Shown here one piece after another: positions 1-8,671 of a stretch of DNA of 34,123 nt. Source of the stretch: a virus. Made by a program: the position numbers and the translations under genes. The notes under the pieces were generated by a model. That model saw only the letters and a list, made by a program, of their open reading frames with translations, was not told where the DNA came from and ran no database searches. Each line of letters opens with the position of its first letter. The first letter of the stretch is position 1. The DNA is taken from the UHGV virus genome UHGV-1338014; one strand, 5' to 3'.

Positions 1-47
1 GTTCATATCTGTTCATATTCTGCCGTAAGCCGTTCATCCTGACCAGT

Positions 48-52
48 GCCGC
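48..52. repeat. Left copy of 5-bp target-site duplication (GCCGC)
   Basis: GCCGC directly abuts the TG of the left terminus and is repeated after the right-end CA at 34052..34056; Mu transposition is known to make 5-bp duplications. Confidence 0.85.
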
Positions 53-230
53 TGTATTGATTCACGTGAAGTACGAAAAAAACCGGGAGGACATTGGATT
101 ATTCGGGATTTGGCGGGATTAGATTTAGTGGGGCTTGCAAGCCTGTAGGATAGATTTTAGCCGTTACATCTTGAAACGCGAAAGATTGTTGGAAACAGCT
201 TTTGATTCATTAAAGACACGAAAAGCAATT
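53..230 (+). promoter_or_regulatory. Left end (attL) with putative transposase-binding sites L1-L3
   Basis: Repeated CGAAA(A)-containing motifs at about 61-82 (TTCACGTGAAGTACGAAAAAA), 160-180 (TTGAAACGCGAAAGATTG) and 199-221 (TTCATTAAAGACACGAAAAGC), spaced as Mu L1/L2/L3; exact site boundaries are approximate. Confidence 0.7.
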
Positions 231-391
231 ACTTCACGCATCATTTCAAGTACAGCTTCAAAAATGCTTCAAAAACGGTAACAACCAGGCTTTCAGCAAG
301 TGCTGTGTGTCAAAAACAATCATCACTGTTTGGGTATCTTACATATGTAATAACCTGGAGTGAAGTTTATGTCTTAGCCATTACCTGGTTG

Positions 392-916
392 TTATACAGC
401 CTTCTTTACATCGTTTTCTCTTACAGGGAAATTATGTTCTTTGCCTTCATACTGAGACAAAATCTCTCTCACTTTTTCCGGTGGTAATGCCTGAAGAGTT
501 TGCAGGGTTTTCTGTTGCTCCACAGTAATCCCTAATGCCTCTAATGCCTTATCTTTACTGACAATTGTAGGCATAAGTCCTTTAATCCCTGCTACACGAA
601 TGATCTCCACAGCTGCGGCCTGCTCATCTGGTGTTAAGAAGCTCATTGCATAAATTAGCCTCTCATCAACTGTATGGGCGATTGATGTATGCACTGGTTT
701 ATCAGAAAGTGAGGCTCCTTTAATGGCCCTGCGTGTTTCTTCTGGCAGACTGTTGATGTGATACTCATAAGCGACACCTTTCCCACCGTGACGCTGACGT
801 TTTACCCAATCTTCCGCCACAGCTTTCCTGGTAATGTTAGTCGCCAACTTTGGTACACCAGGCATCCCTTCCAGCTCTTTCGCATTAAACCATTCTTTGA
901 TTTCAAAAGACATCAT
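392..916 (-). CDS. c: Prophage repressor c (Mu/D108 family, 174 aa)
   Basis: Minus-strand ORF divergent from ner at the left end. Its N-terminus ([26 protein letters not shown]) parallels the N-terminal DNA-binding region of the transposase encoded at 1331 ([26 protein letters not shown]), the known repressor/transposase relationship in Mu-like phages. Confidence 0.85.
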   Translation of the reverse strand: MMSFEIKEWFNAKELEGMPGVPKLATNITRKAVAEDWVKRQRHGGKGVAYEYHINSLPEETRRAIKGASLSDKPVHTSIAHTVDERLIYAMSFLTPDEQAAAVEIIRVAGIKGLMPTIVSKDKALEALGITVEQQKTLQTLQALPPEKVREILSQYEGKEHNFPVRENDVKKAV

Positions 917-1101
917 TTAAAATCCTAGTGATTTCAATAGAGATAAAATAAATTCATATAAAAATCATACCGTTATGCAAAATTGCGGCAAATCCTATCA
1001 AATCACTATTGATTTGAAAGTGATTCCACACTACATTGCACGATATGCCGTGAGCTACTTTATAGCGTAGCTCACGGGGGAATCTGAAAGGATTACATGA
1101 A
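917..1101. promoter_or_regulatory. Divergent early control region (operators, early and repressor promoters, probable transposition enhancer)
   Basis: AT-rich spacer between divergent c and ner; repeated TGATTTCAA / TGATTTGAAAGTGATT motifs and a perfect inverted repeat at 1048..1077. The operator/enhancer role is by position, from Mu biology. Confidence 0.6.
1048..1077. promoter_or_regulatory. Perfect 11-bp inverted repeat CCGTGAGCTAC-N8-GTAGCTCACGG, candidate Ner operator (D108 type)
   Basis: Seen directly in the sequence just upstream of the ner start. I recall the D108 Ner site being described as 11-bp inverted repeats with an 8-bp AT-rich spacer, but this is from memory. Confidence 0.55.
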
Positions 1102-1323
1102 ATGCATATGAATAAAAGAACTAACAGCCAAGATTGGCACAGAGCTGACATCGTTGCAGCGCTACGAAAACGCAATATGTCACTAGCTGAATTGGGAAGA
1201 TCTAATCATCTTTCGTCTTCAACATTAAAAAATGCTTTGGATAAGAGATATCCGAAAGCGGAGAAAATCATTGCAGATGCACTGGGAATGACACCGCAAG
1301 ATATTTGGCCGTCTCGATACTAG
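1102..1323 (+). CDS. ner: Ner-like early transcriptional regulator (73 aa)
   Basis: Small ORF just upstream of the transposase gene; sequence [24 protein letters not shown]...IWPSRY fits the Ner/Nlp HTH family; AGGA-like RBS upstream. Confidence 0.85.
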   Translation: MHMNKRTNSQDWHRADIVAALRKRNMSLAELGRSNHLSSSTLKNALDKRYPKAEKIIADALGMTPQDIWPSRY

Positions 1324-1330
1324 GTGCGCT

Positions 1331-3319
1331 ATGAAAGAATGGTATACAGCAAAAGAGTTGCTCGGTTTGGCAGGTTTACCAAAGCAAGCCACTAACATTA
1401 CACGTAAGGCACAAAGAGAAGGCTGGGAGTTCAGGCAGGTTGCAGGAACTAAAGGTGTATCATTTGAATTCAATATCAAATCATTTCCTGTCACATTACG
1501 TGCTGAAATTCTGTTGCAACAAGGGAGAATTGAAACAAGCCAAGGGTATTTTGAAATCGCCCGCCCCACGCTGGAAGCCCACGATTATGATCGCGAGGCG
1601 CTGTGGAGCAAATGGGATAACGCCAGCGATTCCCAGCGCAGACTTGCTGAAAAATGGTTGCCTGCGGTTCAGGCTGCAGACGAAATGCTGAACCAGGGGA
1701 TTTCAACGAAAACGGCTTTTGCGACCGTTGCAGGGCATTACCAGGTCAGCGCATCCACTTTGCGGGACAAGTATTACCAGGTACAGAAGTTTGCGAAACC
1801 TGACTGGGCGGCTGCACTTGTTGATGGACGTGGAGCATCCCGTCGCAATGTTCACAAAAGTGAATTTGACGAGGATGCCTGGCAGTTTCTGATTGCAGAT
1901 TATCTGCGACCGGAAAAGCCCGCCTTCCGCAAATGTTATGAGCGTCTGGAACTGGCAGCCCGCGAGCATGGCTGGAGTATTCCCTCCCGTGCCACGGCCT
2001 TTCGCCGGATTCAGCAACTGGACGAGGCAATGGTTGTTGCCTGTCGTGAAGGTGAACATGCACTGATGCATCTGATACCAGCACAGCAGCGAACTGTGGA
2101 ACACCTGGACACCATGCAGTGGATCAACGGCGACGGTTATCTGCATAACGTCTTTGTACGCTGGTTTAACGGTGATGTGATCCGTCCAAAAACATGGTTC
2201 TGGCAGGATGTGAAAACCCGAAAAATTCTGGGCTGGCGCTGCGATGTGAGCGAGAACATTGATTCAATTCGCCTCTCGTTCATGGATGTTGTGACTCGCT
2301 ACGGTATCCCGGAGGATTTTCACATCACCATTGATAACACCCGTGGTGCTGCGAATAAATGGCTGACGGGAGGCGCGCCCAATCGCTACCGCTTTAAGGT
2401 AAAAGAGGACGATCCAAAAGGACTGTTTTTACTGATGGGTGCGAAAATGCACTGGACAAGCGTTGTTGCCGGTAAAGGCTGGGGCCAGGCAAAACCTGTT
2501 GAACGTGCTTTCGGTGTTGGTGGGCTTGAGGAATACGTTGATAAGCATCCGGCACTGGCTGGTGCATATACGGGGCCAAATCCGCAGGCAAAACCTGATA
2601 ACTATGGCGACCGCGCTGTTGATGCAGAGCTGTTTCTGAAAACCCTTGCCGAAGGTGTGGCGATGTTCAATGCCAGAACAGGCCGTGAAACAGAAATGTG
2701 CGGGGGCAAACTCTCGTTTGATGATGTTTTCGAGCGTGAATACGCCAGAACGATTGTGCGTAAGCCAACCGAAGAACAAAAACGGATGCTGTTACTGCCT
2801 GCCGAGGCGGTGAACGTTTCACGCAAAGGCGAGTTTACGCTTAAAGTTGGCGGCTCCCTTAAAGGCGCGAAAAACGTTTATTACAACATGGCGTTAATGA
2901 ATGCCAATGTGAAAAAAGTTGTGGTCAGGTTTGATCCACAGCAGTTACACAGCACGGTTTATTGTTACACCTTGGATGGTCGGTTTATATGTGAAGCGGA
3001 ATGTCTGGCACCTGTTGCATTTAATGATGCTGCGGCAGGCCGCGAATATCGCCGCCGCCAGAAACAACTGAAATCTGCAACTAAAGCAGCCATTAAGGCG
3101 CAGAAGCAAATGGACGCGCTGGAAGTTGCTGAACTGCTGCCGCAGATAGCCGAACCAGCAGCGCCAGAATCAAGGGTTGTTGGTATTTTCCGGCCTTCCG
3201 GTAACACGGTGCAGGTGAAATACCAGGAACCCGATGATGAATATGAAACTGATCGTGATGAATATCTGAATCATTCGCTGGATATTCTGGAACAGAACAG
3301 ACGTAAAAAAGCCATTTAA
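1331..3319 (+). CDS. A: DDE transposase MuA (662 aa)
   Basis: Size and position as Mu A; N-terminal winged-helix end-binding region, central DDE core region, C-terminal basic tail; translation closely resembles Mu A as I recall it. Confidence 0.95.
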   Translation: MKEWYTAKELLGLAGLPKQATNITRKAQREGWEFRQVAGTKGVSFEFNIKSFPVTLRAEILLQQGRIETSQGYFEIARPTLEAHDYDREALWSKWDNASDSQRRLAEKWLPAVQAADEMLNQGISTKTAFATVAGHYQVSASTLRDKYYQVQKFAKPDWAAALVDGRGASRRNVHKSEFDEDAWQFLIADYLRPEKPAFRKCYERLELAAREHGWSIPSRATAFRRIQQLDEAMVVACREGEHALMHLIPAQQRTVEHLDTMQWINGDGYLHNVFVRWFNGDVIRPKTWFWQDVKTRKILGWRCDVSENIDSIRLSFMDVVTRYGIPEDFHITIDNTRGAANKWLTGGAPNRYRFKVKEDDPKGLFLLMGAKMHWTSVVAGKGWGQAKPVERAFGVGGLEEYVDKHPALAGAYTGPNPQAKPDNYGDRAVDAELFLKTLAEGVAMFNARTGRETEMCGGKLSFDDVFEREYARTIVRKPTEEQKRMLLLPAEAVNVSRKGEFTLKVGGSLKGAKNVYYNMALMNANVKKVVVRFDPQQLHSTVYCYTLDGRFICEAECLAPVAFNDAAAGREYRRRQKQLKSATKAAIKAQKQMDALEVAELLPQIAEPAAPESRVVGIFRPSGNTVQVKYQEPDDEYETDRDEYLNHSLDILEQNRRKKAI

Positions 3320-3357
3320 TTAACGTTTAAACAAAATTTAATTACGAGGTTATTCAG

Positions 3358-4296
3358 ATGAATATTTCCGATATTCGCGCAGGACTGCGCACGCTTGTAG
3401 AAAGTGAAAAAGCGACTTATGCACAAATTGCACGCGAGTCTGGCGTGGCCGCAGGAACGTTAAGCGCATTCGTGAATAACAAGTACAACGGCGACAATGA
3501 ACGTGTTGCGCAGACGCTGGAACGCTGGCTGGAGAACTATCACCGTGCCGCAGAGCTGCCAGAACCACCACGTTTTGTGGAAACCAGAACAGCACGCCAA
3601 ATCTGGACGAGTATGCGTTTTGCCAGCCTGACTGAAAGTATTTCTGTTATCTGCGGTAATCCAGGTGTGGGAAAAACTGAAGCGGCCCGCGAATTTCGTC
3701 GCACCAATAACAATGTCTGGATGATCACCATTACCCCATCCTGTGCCAGTGTTCTGGAATGCCTGACTGAACTGGCTTATGAACTGGGAATGAATGACGC
3801 ACCACGCCGTAAGGGGCCACTCTCCCGCGCTTTGAGACGCCGTCTTGAAGGTACGCAGGGGCTGGTCATTATCGACGAAGCTGATCATCTTGGCGCTGAG
3901 GTTCTGGAAGAACTCCGCCTGTTACAGGAGTCCGCCCGTATTGGCCTTGTTCTGATGGGGAATCACCGCGTTTATTCAAACATGACCGGTGGTAACAGAA
4001 CGGTTGAATTTGCCCGACTGTTTTCCCGTATTGCCAAACGGACGGCAATCAATAAAACCAAAATTGATGATGTAAAGGCCATTGCGGATGCCTGGCAGAT
4101 TACCGGCGAAAATGAGCGGGAATTATTACAGCAGATTGCGCAAAAACCAGGTGCGCTTCGCATCCTGAACCACTCGCTGCGCCTTGCGTCCATGACCGCC
4201 CACGGCAAAGGTGAACGTGTTAATGAAGATTATCTGCGTCAGGCTTTCCGTGAATTAGACCTGGACGTTGATATTTCAACTCTGCTGCGCACGTAA
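3358..4296 (+). CDS. B: Transposition target-DNA activator MuB (AAA+ ATPase, 312 aa)
   Basis: Directly downstream of A; Walker A motif GNPGVGKT and Walker B-like VIIDEAD; length as Mu B. Confidence 0.93.
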   Translation: MNISDIRAGLRTLVESEKATYAQIARESGVAAGTLSAFVNNKYNGDNERVAQTLERWLENYHRAAELPEPPRFVETRTARQIWTSMRFASLTESISVICGNPGVGKTEAAREFRRTNNNVWMITITPSCASVLECLTELAYELGMNDAPRRKGPLSRALRRRLEGTQGLVIIDEADHLGAEVLEELRLLQESARIGLVLMGNHRVYSNMTGGNRTVEFARLFSRIAKRTAINKTKIDDVKAIADAWQITGENERELLQQIAQKPGALRILNHSLRLASMTAHGKGERVNEDYLRQAFRELDLDVDISTLLRT

Positions 4297-4309
4297 GGAG
4301 AGCGAAATC

Positions 4310-4537
4310 ATGATGTCACGGAATATCAAAATGGCAACGGAAGTAAAGACCTGGTTACAGGAGCACGGCAGCCACGTCAACGAATCCTGGCTGGGCGTAG
4401 CCCGCCCGGTACTTGAAATCACGTGCCCACCACCGGAGCTGGTCAGAAACGCTGTCAGGATTATGGAGCATAAATCAGGGGTTGCCCGTTCCGTATGGAC
4501 GGCCCGCCTTAATGGTTGCCAGATTATCTGGCGTTAA
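4310..4537 (+). CDS. kil: Small early protein in the position of Mu kil (75 aa)
   Basis: First gene after B; the start at ATG 4310 is preceded by AGGAG, so the upstream extension in the ORF track is probably not translated. Assignment is by synteny only. Confidence 0.55.
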   Translation: MMSRNIKMATEVKTWLQEHGSHVNESWLGVARPVLEITCPPPELVRNAVRIMEHKSGVARSVWTARLNGCQIIWR

Positions 4538-4569
4538 TAACGGCTTATTTATTTGTGAGGAATAACAAA

Positions 4570-4833
4570 ATGGCAAAAGTCATTATCGAAATCAAAAATG
4601 CGACATCTGAAGTTAAAGGGCAGCGTTTACGTACCAGTATTAACGTAGAACACAGTGCAGAGCTGGACGGCGATGAATGTACACTCGCTGGCATGGTAGC
4701 GTTACTGGTTCTGGAAAAAAGTCGGGATATTGTTTGCGAGTCAACCCATGAGGCCATTGAAATTCTGAAAAATGACGGCGTCATCACGGGTGGCAGTGTC
4801 ACAAAAACGACAGTTGAAGGAACACGTCACTGA
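4570..4833 (+). CDS. Hypothetical early protein (87 aa)
   Basis: ORF with GAGGA RBS 9 nt upstream of ATG 4570; semi-essential early region; function unknown. Confidence 0.55.
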   Translation: MAKVIIEIKNATSEVKGQRLRTSINVEHSAELDGDECTLAGMVALLVLEKSRDIVCESTHEAIEILKNDGVITGGSVTKTTVEGTRH

Positions 4834-4847
4834 AAGGAACGCTGACA

Positions 4848-5267
4848 ATGAACGCCAGAATCAGAAACGAAATCCAGGCATTAATTCGAATCAAAATGCG
4901 TAATAACAATGGCGGAGACTTACGCGAGTTTATTTGCGCGCGCGAAGTTGAGGGGTATGGCGAAAAGACTTACCTGATTGCATTTGACCATTACAGCATT
5001 TGTGCGCGTTATTGCGGAGAGGCGGTATTCCGCGCCATTACGTTTGGCAATGCTTTCAATGTGGATTTATGGGAATACGTCATGGACCGCGAATACATCA
5101 GCGCGTCAGACCCGGACGCACGGGAGCAGTGGCAGAACATCTGGCGCGATTACCGGCGAATGGCGAATGGCTGGACGCAGGGGACGTATTCTTCCCTTGC
5201 CCTGAAAGCGGTTCAGTTATCGCTGCGGCATATTCCGGCATCACTGCGCGCCCCCCTGTTGTACTGA
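4848..5267 (+). CDS. Hypothetical early protein (139 aa)
   Basis: ORF with AAGGA RBS; tightly packed in the early operon; no recognisable motif. Confidence 0.55.
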   Translation: MNARIRNEIQALIRIKMRNNNGGDLREFICAREVEGYGEKTYLIAFDHYSICARYCGEAVFRAITFGNAFNVDLWEYVMDREYISASDPDAREQWQNIWRDYRRMANGWTQGTYSSLALKAVQLSLRHIPASLRAPLLY

Positions 5268-5567
5268 GTGGTGACCGGAATGATGTGTAAGCGTAAACGC
5301 TGGTCACGCGAAGACCGGGAATTTATCGAAGCCAGTGTCGGGAAAATGACCGTCGAGGAAATGGCGAAAAAACTGAACGTTGCCACAACCGCTCTCCGGG
5401 CACATGCCAGAAGGTACGGAATATCGTTGTGTGTTTACCGAATCAGTGAGCACGACAAATATTTGTGTCGTGAACTTTATAAAGAAGGGCTGGCTATTCA
5501 TGTCATTGCCCAAAAGATGGAATTAAGCAATCGTGCTGTATCCAGTATTGTATACAGCGAATATTAA
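5268..5567 (+). CDS. Hypothetical small protein with helix-turn-helix-like segments (99 aa)
   Basis: ORF beginning at GTG 5268 (alternative ATG 5280); the segment MTVEEMAKKLNVATTALRAHARRYGIS looks like an HTH. Confidence 0.5.
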   Translation: MVTGMMCKRKRWSREDREFIEASVGKMTVEEMAKKLNVATTALRAHARRYGISLCVYRISEHDKYLCRELYKEGLAIHVIAQKMELSNRAVSSIVYSEY

Positions 5568-5587
5568 TTAACAGGAGCTTTATTTAT

Positions 5588-6112
5588 ATGGCTAAGTCAG
5601 CAAAACGAATCAGGAACGCCGCAGCGACTTATGTTCCGCAATCCCGAGATGCCGTGGTATGTGATATCCGCCGGATTGGTGACCTGCAACGCGAAGCAGC
5701 ACGACTTGAAACGGAAATGAATGACGCTATCGCCGAGATTACAGAAAAATACGCCTCACAGATTGCGCCACTTAAAACCAGTATTGAAACCCTTTCAAAA
5801 GGCATTCAGGGATGGTGTGAAGCGAACCGTGACGAACTGACGAACGGCGGCAAGGTGAAGACGGCAAACCTGGTAACCGGTGATGTGTCATGGCGTCAGC
5901 GCCCACCATCAGTAAGTATTCGCGGTGTGGATGCGGTAATGGAAACGCTGGAGCGTCTTGGCCTGCAACGTTTTATTCGCACGAAACAGGAAATCAACAA
6001 GGAAGCGATTTTACTGGAGCCGAAAGCGGTCGCAGGTGTTGCCGGAATTACAGTTAAATCGGGCATTGAAGATTTTTCTATTATTCCATTTGAACAGGAA
6101 GCCGGTATTTAA
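5588..6112 (+). CDS. gam: Gam host-nuclease inhibitor / DNA-end-binding protein (174 aa)
   Basis: Length and position as Mu Gam; translation resembles Mu Gam as I recall it (Ku-like end-binding protein). Confidence 0.85.
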   Translation: MAKSAKRIRNAAATYVPQSRDAVVCDIRRIGDLQREAARLETEMNDAIAEITEKYASQIAPLKTSIETLSKGIQGWCEANRDELTNGGKVKTANLVTGDVSWRQRPPSVSIRGVDAVMETLERLGLQRFIRTKQEINKEAILLEPKAVAGVAGITVKSGIEDFSIIPFEQEAGI

Positions 6113-6210
6113 TACCACCATTAATATTTAATTAATTCACACTCTTTTAATTATGGCGCGATGCGTCAGGGGATTGCTCGCGCCTGAATCTGATATCTGA
6201 GAAATAAAAA

Positions 6211-6741
6211 ATGATTGATGCAAAAATTCTGAACGGTGTCAGCACATTACTACGGGCTTACGGGCGTCTGACCTGTGGCGTTCTGGCTGAAAAAATGAAG
6301 ATGCCTCCCTCGTCAATGGTGTATTTCCTGCGTGATGCAGTTGATGCCGGAATGCTGACAGAATGCAACGGATTTTATGACGTTCCGCGCCCTCGTCCGA
6401 CGCCGCCAGTAAGACGAAACGCAACAACGGAACATCCCGATGTTGATGATGCTCGATGGTGCGCGTTCCGCCGCTCTTTGCCCTGGCTGGAAGGCAATGC
6501 TATTCCGGCACTGGCAAAAGAATTTGCGACAGGCGTACTGACCTGCGAGTCGGTTTACATCGTTGCAGAAGTGGGCGACGAGATGTGCAAACAGGGAATG
6601 CCCCGTTTTGTGATGGCGTATATCGATATCCGGCAGGGACGTTTTATTTGTGGCTCCAGTGGCAGGAATATCACCGACCACGTCCTGCGCTATCTCATTC
6701 TTGATTATTCACCGGCTCCGGTAGCGGTTGGCATCCAGTGA
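6211..6741 (+). CDS. Hypothetical protein with N-terminal winged-helix-like region and Pro-rich linker (176 aa)
   Basis: ORF with RBS; not recognisable as a canonical Mu early gene; function unknown. Confidence 0.5.
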   Translation: MIDAKILNGVSTLLRAYGRLTCGVLAEKMKMPPSSMVYFLRDAVDAGMLTECNGFYDVPRPRPTPPVRRNATTEHPDVDDARWCAFRRSLPWLEGNAIPALAKEFATGVLTCESVYIVAEVGDEMCKQGMPRFVMAYIDIRQGRFICGSSGRNITDHVLRYLILDYSPAPVAVGIQ

Positions 6742-6770
6742 AATCTTTTATTGCGAAGAGGTATTACGAA

Positions 6771-7160
6771 ATGAATAACGCAGAGAAAAATGAAATTCAA
6801 TCCACATCTGTCACTACCAGAAAACATCTTTATGATTTTTATGTCGCCTATAACCAGTGGTTAAAAAATGGTGCACCAGAAACAGAGGGGGAATTATTTG
6901 TCCGGTATTTTGGATTATGTAGCAATGCTTATAGTTATTTCGAATCCATCGGAGCATACGGCGAAGATGCAGCAGAACAATTGCGCACAGATTTTATCGC
7001 GAACGGACTGGATGAATTATTGCCTTTCAATGAGGACAGCGCGCACTACAAGGAAGAGTGCAGGTTTGAAAGGTGTCACCTGAATCTTGGTCGTGTGGCA
7101 TGGGTGGAAAAACACTGCATGAAGGAGATGGGGCAAAATGAGTCGCACATCCCTGATTAA
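6771..7160 (+). CDS. Hypothetical protein, AT-rich gene (129 aa from ATG 6771; frame open from GTG 6738)
   Basis: Visibly lower GC than neighbours; GAAGAGG RBS before ATG 6771; 3' end overlaps the gemA start. Confidence 0.5.
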   Translation: MNNAEKNEIQSTSVTTRKHLYDFYVAYNQWLKNGAPETEGELFVRYFGLCSNAYSYFESIGAYGEDAAEQLRTDFIANGLDELLPFNEDSAHYKEECRFERCHLNLGRVAWVEKHCMKEMGQNESHIPD

Positions 7161-7689
7161 ATTAATTCATGTCGCCCGGCGTGATCTACAACTCGACGAT
7201 GACACTTACCGCGCCTTTCTGGTGCAGTTCACGGGCAAAACCAGTTGCCGCGAGCTGACCGTCGCACAACTGGAACAGGTGCTCGATGCCATGAAAGAGC
7301 GCGGTTTTAAGAAGCAGAAAAAACATCCCCGCCGTCGCTTTAAGGGGCATGTCACACCGCGTGAGAAGATTTATAAAATCTGGCAGCAGATGTTTCAGGA
7401 TGGCTTTGTCGCTGATGGCAGTGATGCTGCGCTGGACAAATACGTTGCACGCCTGACGGCCAGACGTAATGGCGGTCAGGGTGTTTCCACGCTGGCCTGG
7501 TGTCACGGGGAATCGTTGCATGTTGTGCTCGAAACGCTCAAACAGTGGCATATGCGCTGCATCCGGGACGCCTTTGCCCGACATGGTGTGCCTTTACCTG
7601 TGAGCGAAACCGGGCGGGAGCTGCGCGGCTATGATGCACTGACCAGTGCGTATGCCCGCGCACGAAACAGCGGGAGAATTGCTGTATGA
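7138..7689 (+). CDS. gemA: GemA-like early protein (183 aa)
   Basis: Length matches Mu GemA and it sits immediately upstream of the Mor/C-family gene with start/stop overlap. Confidence 0.75.
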   Translation: MSRTSLIKLIHVARRDLQLDDDTYRAFLVQFTGKTSCRELTVAQLEQVLDAMKERGFKKQKKHPRRRFKGHVTPREKIYKIWQQMFQDGFVADGSDAALDKYVARLTARRNGGQGVSTLAWCHGESLHVVLETLKQWHMRCIRDAFARHGVPLPVSETGRELRGYDALTSAYARARNSGRIAV

Positions 7690-8096
7690 AACAGATGAAA
7701 GAGCAGGATTTATTCGAAGACTTCCGGGACGACAGTGTTCTGGAATATCTTCACGATTATCAGGAAAAATATGTTTACCCGGCGCTACTTTCAGAGCTGA
7801 ATGCTCTGCTGCGACAGGAACTGATAAGGCTTGGTGTTAACCCTGCCCACTCTCTTGAGCTGGTAGTGGCAATTTGCAATCATATCGGAGGGATTCAGGT
7901 ATATGTTCCGAAAGGGAAAATACTGGAAAATCTGATCAGAGACATGCGCATCTGGCGTGATTTTGATGGAAAAAACGTAGCAGAGTTGGTGCAGCGTTAC
8001 AAAGTGACCTACAAAACGGTATATCAGGCCATCAAAAGAATGCGAAGGCTGGAGCGTGGAAAATATCAAATGCAACTATTTAAGGATGAGCCATGA
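7686..8096 (+). CDS. mor: Mor/C-family transcriptional activator (136 aa)
   Basis: C-terminal region (HSLELVVAICNHIGGIQVYVPKG...NVAELVQRYKVTYKTVYQAIKRMRR) fits the Mor/C activator family; called mor rather than C because it directly follows gemA. Confidence 0.7.
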   Translation: MKQMKEQDLFEDFRDDSVLEYLHDYQEKYVYPALLSELNALLRQELIRLGVNPAHSLELVVAICNHIGGIQVYVPKGKILENLIRDMRIWRDFDGKNVAELVQRYKVTYKTVYQAIKRMRRLERGKYQMQLFKDEP

Positions 8097-8572
8097 AATA
8101 CTTTCCTCTTATGTTTTTACTGAGCGTATTTTGCGCTAATGCGGCAAAGCTGCCCTCTGAAGAGGTAATCAAAAAACGCCTGGCCGAAAAAGACCTCATT
8201 GCACTAAATAGCTGGAAGCCTCTTAAAGGGGGCGATTCAATTAAGAACGGTGGAACCGAAACTGCTCACAGCAAGTTTGGATTGTTTATGATTAATAATA
8301 AGGTCGTTAGTTCAACGACGACTGTAAAAGATTTTGATGATAATCCTGTAGGCGCTCTGCCCTCCTTTGCTGCATGTTCGCGGGTTGTTGAATCTGTAAT
8401 TGGTCAATTAACTGAAGAACAGCAGGAACGAGTTATTGACATGGTGGCTTCCGCAGCAAAAGTTAAAGGTTACGGACTAACGTATAAGATTCTGGGCTTT
8501 CACATTCAGACAAAGTTTCTCCCTATGGGGAAAAATATGATGATAGATTGCTCCATCAAAGGTGATGAGTAG
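8093..8572 (+). CDS. Secreted or periplasmic protein of unknown function (159 aa), AT-rich gene
   Basis: N-terminus MKYFPLMFLLSVFCANA|AK is a classical signal peptide (basic residue, hydrophobic core, A-x-A site); the ATG overlaps the stop of the upstream activator gene; followed by a strong intrinsic terminator. Confidence 0.6.
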   Translation: MKYFPLMFLLSVFCANAAKLPSEEVIKKRLAEKDLIALNSWKPLKGGDSIKNGGTETAHSKFGLFMINNKVVSSTTTVKDFDDNPVGALPSFAACSRVVESVIGQLTEEQQERVIDMVASAAKVKGYGLTYKILGFHIQTKFLPMGKNMMIDCSIKGDE

Positions 8573-8593
8573 TCATCTTTTTTAATTCAATGA

Positions 8594-8616
8594 AGCCGGT
8601 AAATCCGGCTTTTTTT
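8594..8616 (+). terminator. Rho-independent terminator (AGCCGG-TAAAT-CCGGCT plus T7)
   Basis: GC stem, 5-nt loop and a run of seven T directly after the stop of the 8093..8572 ORF; an identical copy lies at 16155..16177. Confidence 0.75.
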
Positions 8617-8671
8617 ATGCCTCCGGCACTATGAAGCAGACCACGTTTAAATCTGCTTCACAGGTGCTTTT

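Noticed and set aside
305-487. 60-aa + strand ORF between the left end and the repressor gene
   Set aside because: Lies in the attL to c spacer and overlaps the 3' end of the minus-strand repressor gene; hydrophobic low-complexity translation; no RBS.
954-1175. 73-aa minus-strand ORF across the operator region and the ner start
   Set aside because: Covers the regulatory spacer and runs antisense into ner; most likely a chance ORF in AT-rich control DNA.
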